Shown here: one piece after another, positions 60,630-64,000 of the stretch
Position numbering within the stretch: position 1 is the first letter of the stretch
How the letters are laid out: each line of letters begins with the position of its first letter
From: Candidatus Terraquivivens tengchongensis
GTDB taxonomy: Archaea > Thermoproteota > Nitrososphaeria_A > Caldarchaeales > Wolframiiraptoraceae
NCBI GenBank assembly: GCA_023261845.1
Contig: JALNJZ010000002.1
Location: 181,078 to 245,077, forward strand
Direction of reading: 5' to 3'
DNA: 64,000 nucleotides
Made by a program: the position numbers and the translations under genes
The notes under the pieces: generated by a model
The model's database searches: none
Seen by the model: the letters and a program-made list of their open reading frames with translations, nothing else
What the model was told of the DNA's origin: nothing

Positions 60630-61652
60630 TATACGTTTCTCCTTTAGCAAGATCTCGATAAGTCTTTTTGTCACGTCCTCTGCTGTCGCTCTTCCGCCCA
60701 AATCGGGCGTCAGGCTCTTCGAGTCTTGTAGCAGGGAGAGGACCGCATTCTCCAGACTACTCGCGGCCTTTAGCATGGCCATGTTGCCCTTTGTCCTGCC
60801 GAGCCACTCGAGCATCATCTTCGACGCCATGATTTGTGCTATAGGATTCGCATACGACGGGTCTATGTCAGGCGCCGTTCCGTGAACCGGCTCAAACAGC
60901 CCGAACTCGTCCCCTATGTTGGCCGAGTAGGCTAGACCCAAACTACCGACTATGCCTGCCGCTTCATCGCTCAGTATGTCGCCGAACATGTTCGTCGTAA
61001 GTATGACATCAAACCTCTGCGGATTGGTCACGAGCTGGTATGCTGTATTATCGACGAGCATTTCCTCCATGGTAACGGATGGATAAGATTTCGCAACCTC
61101 GAGCGCAGCCTTCCTGAAGAGCTCAAAACTTTTCAACACGTTTACCTTATGGACGACGGTCACCTTCTTCTTCCTAGTCTCCGCCATCTGAAATGCAACA
61201 TTCGCTATCCTTACGCATGCCTTCTTAGTTAAGACCATCAAGGCGACCGCATGCTCCTCGCCGACATCCTCAACACCTTTGTATAACTCCTCAGTGTTCT
61301 CCCTGACTATCACTATGTCCACGTCCCTCCACTTGGAGCTCACGCCGGGAAGCGTCTTGAAAGGCCTTATGTTGGCGTAAAGGTCTAACCTCTGCCTTAG
61401 GAAGACTATCACGTCCTTTGCCGTATCGCCGACAGGACCCTTCAAACATGCATCGGAAGACCTTATCTTATCAAAAGAGTCCTTCGGTAACGGTTCACCA
61501 AAACTCCTTTTAGCGGCATCGCCAGCTGGTGCTTCCACGAAGTTCAGCTTGAAACCATAAAGCTCAGAGACAGCCTCCAACACCCTTATCGCAGACCTGA
61601 TGATGACCGGGCCTATGCCGTCGCCTGGTATTACGCTTATGAGATTCGTCAC
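60624..61652 (-). CDS. leuB: 3-isopropylmalate/isocitrate dehydrogenase family
   Basis: [48 protein letters not shown]; GTG 61652 preferred. Confidence 0.85.
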   Translation of the reverse strand: MTNLISVIPGDGIGPVIIRSAIRVLEAVSELYGFKLNFVEAPAGDAAKRSFGEPLPKDSFDKIRSSDACLKGPVGDTAKDVIVFLRQRLDLYANIRPFKTLPGVSSKWRDVDIVIVRENTEELYKGVEDVGEEHAVALMVLTKKACVRIANVAFQMAETRKKKVTVVHKVNVLKSFELFRKAALEVAKSYPSVTMEEMLVDNTAYQLVTNPQRFDVILTTNMFGDILSDEAAGIVGSLGLAYSANIGDEFGLFEPVHGTAPDIDPSYANPIAQIMASKMMLEWLGRTKGNMAMLKAASSLENAVLSLLQDSKSLTPDLGGRATAEDVTKRLIEILLKEKRIS

Positions 61653-61793
61653 ACTCTGACCGCCCTTTTTGTACGTATTTAAGCGTTTTTGACTTAAAGC
61701 ATACCTCAAGAAAATTTTTCCTCTTAATAGAGTAATGACTATAAGGACTTTGGGACCATGGTCACACTTTCGGTACTTTTCTGAAGCTGACAG

Positions 61794-61845
61794 CGAATTA
61801 GTTCAGCATTCATGGAAAATTTTTCCGCGGTGCTGAACTAATTCG
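61794..61845. repeat. Perfect 15-bp inverted repeat around a palindromic core
   Basis: CGAATTAGTTCAGCA (61794-61808) / TGCTGAACTAATTCG (61831-61845); spacer contains GGAAAA-T-TTTTCC. Confidence 0.9.
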
Positions 61846-61855
61846 TGAGAAACTC

Positions 61856-61863
61856 TTATATAT
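61856..61863 (+). promoter_or_regulatory. Putative TATA box for leuA
   Basis: TTATATAT preceded by BRE-like GAGAAA; implies a ~130-nt 5' leader. Confidence 0.55.
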
Positions 61864-62017
61864 GCTGTCTAAACGTAATATTACACCGTTCGGTCGGTGA
61901 GCAAAGTGAGCCAACTCGAATAAGTTTAACAAAAACCTTCAAGCCGACGTCTAGCAAAATCTTTCAAAAATTCTGCTCTGCTCGCTTTGCTCCATTCCTT
62001 CTCTGAGGTGTTATGTT

Positions 62018-63556
62018 ATGGCTTGGAAGAAAATACTCTCAGAAGAATATACCCTCCCCGAAAGGGTCTTGATATTCGATACGACCCTGAGGGATGGTGA
62101 GCAGACGCCCGGCGTTGCTCTGACACCAGAAGAGAAGGTCGAGATAGCTATACAACTCGACAGACTCGGTGTTGACATCATAGAGGCTGGCTTCCCGATA
62201 ACCTCGAAAGGTGAATGGAAGGCTGTGTCAGATATATGCAAGCTCGGTCTCTCGGCGAAGGTATGCGCGCTTGCAAGGTGTGAGAAGAGTGATATAGATG
62301 CCGCGGTAGATACTGGCGTTGATTGGGTACATGTATTCTTGGCAACCTCCGACATACACCTGAAGTACAAACTTAGGATGACGAGGGAGCAGGCCCTCAA
62401 TAAGATAGCAGAGGCTGTAGAGTACGCTAAGTCGAGGGGAGTGGTTGTTCACTACTCAGCCGAGGATGCGACGAGGACGGAGCATGAGTTTTTGATGAAG
62501 GCGCTGAAGGTGGCATCCGATGCTGGAGCGGACAGCATAGACATACCCGATACCGTTGGCTTCGCGATACCCATGACGATTCACAGGATCGTGTCGTCTG
62601 CAAAGGTCGTTACGGGTAAGCCGATAGCCGTTCATTGTCACGACGACATGGGTTTAGCGGTAGCAAACTCGCTTGCAGCCGTTGAAGCAGGTGCCGAGAT
62701 AATTCACGCGACGGTTAACGGGATAGGTGAGAGGGCCGGTAACGCGAGCTTAGAGGAGATAGTAGTGGCGTTGCACACGCTCTACGGTGTGAAGACCAAC
62801 ATAAACCTCCAAGAGATATACAAGACATCGAGACTCGTTGCAAAACTTACTGGGGTCTGGGTTCCTAAGAACAAAGCAATAGTCGGCGAGAATGCCTTTG
62901 CGCATGAGAGTGGCATACACGTACACGGCATACTCGGCTCTCCTGAAACCTACGAACCTATAGCGCCAGAGGTTGTCGGAAGGAGAAGGAAGATAGTGGC
63001 CGGAAAGCATTCCGGCATACATGGTATAGACTTCTTACTCAAAGAGAGCGGTCTTGACATGGATAGGGCAAAGGCTAAGGAGGTTCTGGAAAAGGTCAAG
63101 GCCCTCGGCGATATGGGCATGAGGGTTTCAGACACCAAACTCAAGACCATAGCCGAAGAAGTCGTAGGTAAGCCAGGAGATTCCCAGATGATATCCCTGA
63201 AGGAACTAAGCGTCACGTCGAATACAAACGGTGCTATGGCACGCATATCCCTGAAAATAGGCGATGAAGTCATTACAAGTGAGTCTTTCGGTCACAACCC
63301 GGTCGTCGCATCCCTTTCAGCTCTTCTGAATGCGGTATCGAGAAAGATGAACGTCAAGTTAACCGACTTTAGAATCGATGCAACGTCTTACTCGCCGGAT
63401 TTGACGTGCGAGGCAGAGGTTGTGTTAACGATCAACGACTCACAAGAGTATGTAGGCGAGGCAGTCGGGCATGACCCTGCTTTAGTCGTCGTATACGCCG
63501 TAATAGCGGGCATCGAGAAGGCTATGCTGTCCTCGGCCGGAGGTAAGGCAACATGA
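62018..63556 (+). CDS. leuA: 2-isopropylmalate synthase / citramalate synthase family
   Basis: FDTTLRDGEQTPG, PDTVG, HCHDDMGLA.ANSL, GERAGNA, HESGIH, GKHSG; SD GAGGTG. Confidence 0.88.
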   Translation: MAWKKILSEEYTLPERVLIFDTTLRDGEQTPGVALTPEEKVEIAIQLDRLGVDIIEAGFPITSKGEWKAVSDICKLGLSAKVCALARCEKSDIDAAVDTGVDWVHVFLATSDIHLKYKLRMTREQALNKIAEAVEYAKSRGVVVHYSAEDATRTEHEFLMKALKVASDAGADSIDIPDTVGFAIPMTIHRIVSSAKVVTGKPIAVHCHDDMGLAVANSLAAVEAGAEIIHATVNGIGERAGNASLEEIVVALHTLYGVKTNINLQEIYKTSRLVAKLTGVWVPKNKAIVGENAFAHESGIHVHGILGSPETYEPIAPEVVGRRRKIVAGKHSGIHGIDFLLKESGLDMDRAKAKEVLEKVKALGDMGMRVSDTKLKTIAEEVVGKPGDSQMISLKELSVTSNTNGAMARISLKIGDEVITSESFGHNPVVASLSALLNAVSRKMNVKLTDFRIDATSYSPDLTCEAEVVLTINDSQEYVGEAVGHDPALVVVYAVIAGIEKAMLSSAGGKAT

Positions 63557-63572
63557 AGTTTACCACGAAACG

Positions 63573-63581
63573 TTTTTATAA
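63573..63581 (+). promoter_or_regulatory. Putative TATA box for ilvB
   Basis: TTTTTATAA preceded by BRE-like CGAAA; implies a ~105-nt leader. Confidence 0.55.
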
Positions 63582-63710
63582 CATAGGAGCACATCCATCC
63601 ATCTCGAAGCGTGAGGGTGATAATGAGGCGCCAAGTCCTATAAATAAAGCATGGCACCTCGTCCAGCATCTACTATTATCTCTAAACCTTCTGTTAAGTG
63701 GTGAACGCAT

Positions 63711-64000
63711 ATGGTAAGGGCAGCTGACGTTCTAGTCAAAACCATGGAGTCCAAGGGCGTAGACGTCATCTTCGGAATACCTGGCGGCTCCATCCTGCCA
63801 TTCTACGATGCGCTTTACGACAGCAACATAAGAACAATACTGATGAGGCATGAACAGCAAGCAGCGCACGCTGCAGAGGGTTATGCAAGGGTCAAAGGTA
63901 GGCCCGGGGTAGCTGTGGCTACATCGGGTCCAGGTGCCACAAACCTCGTGACTGGTATAGTCAACGCAATGATGGATAGCCAACCAGTTATAGCGATAAC
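63711..64000 (+). CDS. ilvB: Acetolactate synthase large subunit (5' part; runs off the window)
   Basis: Manual translation MVRAADVLV...[13 protein letters not shown]...[28 protein letters not shown]. Confidence 0.93.
   Translation, partial: MVRAADVLVKTMESKGVDVIFGIPGGSILPFYDALYDSNIRTILMRHEQQAAHAAEGYARVKGRPGVAVATSGPGATNLVTGIVNAMMDSQPVIAI

Noticed and set aside
63732-63983. 83-aa minus-strand ORF at the window end
   Set aside because: Antisense to the clear ilvB 5' region.
1-64000. tRNA, rRNA, CRISPR arrays, transposases, integrases, defence systems
   Set aside because: No cloverleaf, spaced direct-repeat array or mobile/defence protein motif was seen, and intergenic gaps are mostly under 200 nt.

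Overview
Gene-dense (~45% GC) archaeal chromosomal segment. PolB1-type polymerase, arcadin-1, TBP, eL15, RNase P proteins and prefoldin point to a TACK-lineage archaeon, probably a thermophile of the Aigarchaeota/Nitrososphaeria type (inference). It holds about 70 mostly housekeeping CDS: two ADP-forming acyl-CoA synthetases, a pyrF-pyrE fusion, a trpEGDCFA operon without trpB, thrB, sucCD, mdh, leuCD, ilvD, leuB, leuA, the start of ilvB, lipA-lpdA-lipB, a LipS1-like radical SAM, and an amine-metabolism cluster. I saw no rRNA, tRNA, CRISPR array or mobile element. The most interesting signal is in the non-coding leaders of amino-acid biosynthesis genes. trpE has no in-frame ATG, but the promoter-proximal ATG opens a mini-ORF ATG-TGC-CTT-TGG-CAT-TGA. 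A +1 slip at CUU-UGG (a prfB-like slippery site with a Trp codon in the A site) lands exactly in the trpE frame, which suggests Trp-starvation-triggered programmed frameshifting. The TrpE also carries a natural LLES->LIEF change at the feedback site. The leuA and ilvB leaders carry short Leu/Val/Ile-containing uORFs embedded in or next to strong stems. Together these hint at an undescribed archaeal ribosome-based amino-acid sensing system. All calls are from motif recognition only; no database searches were run.
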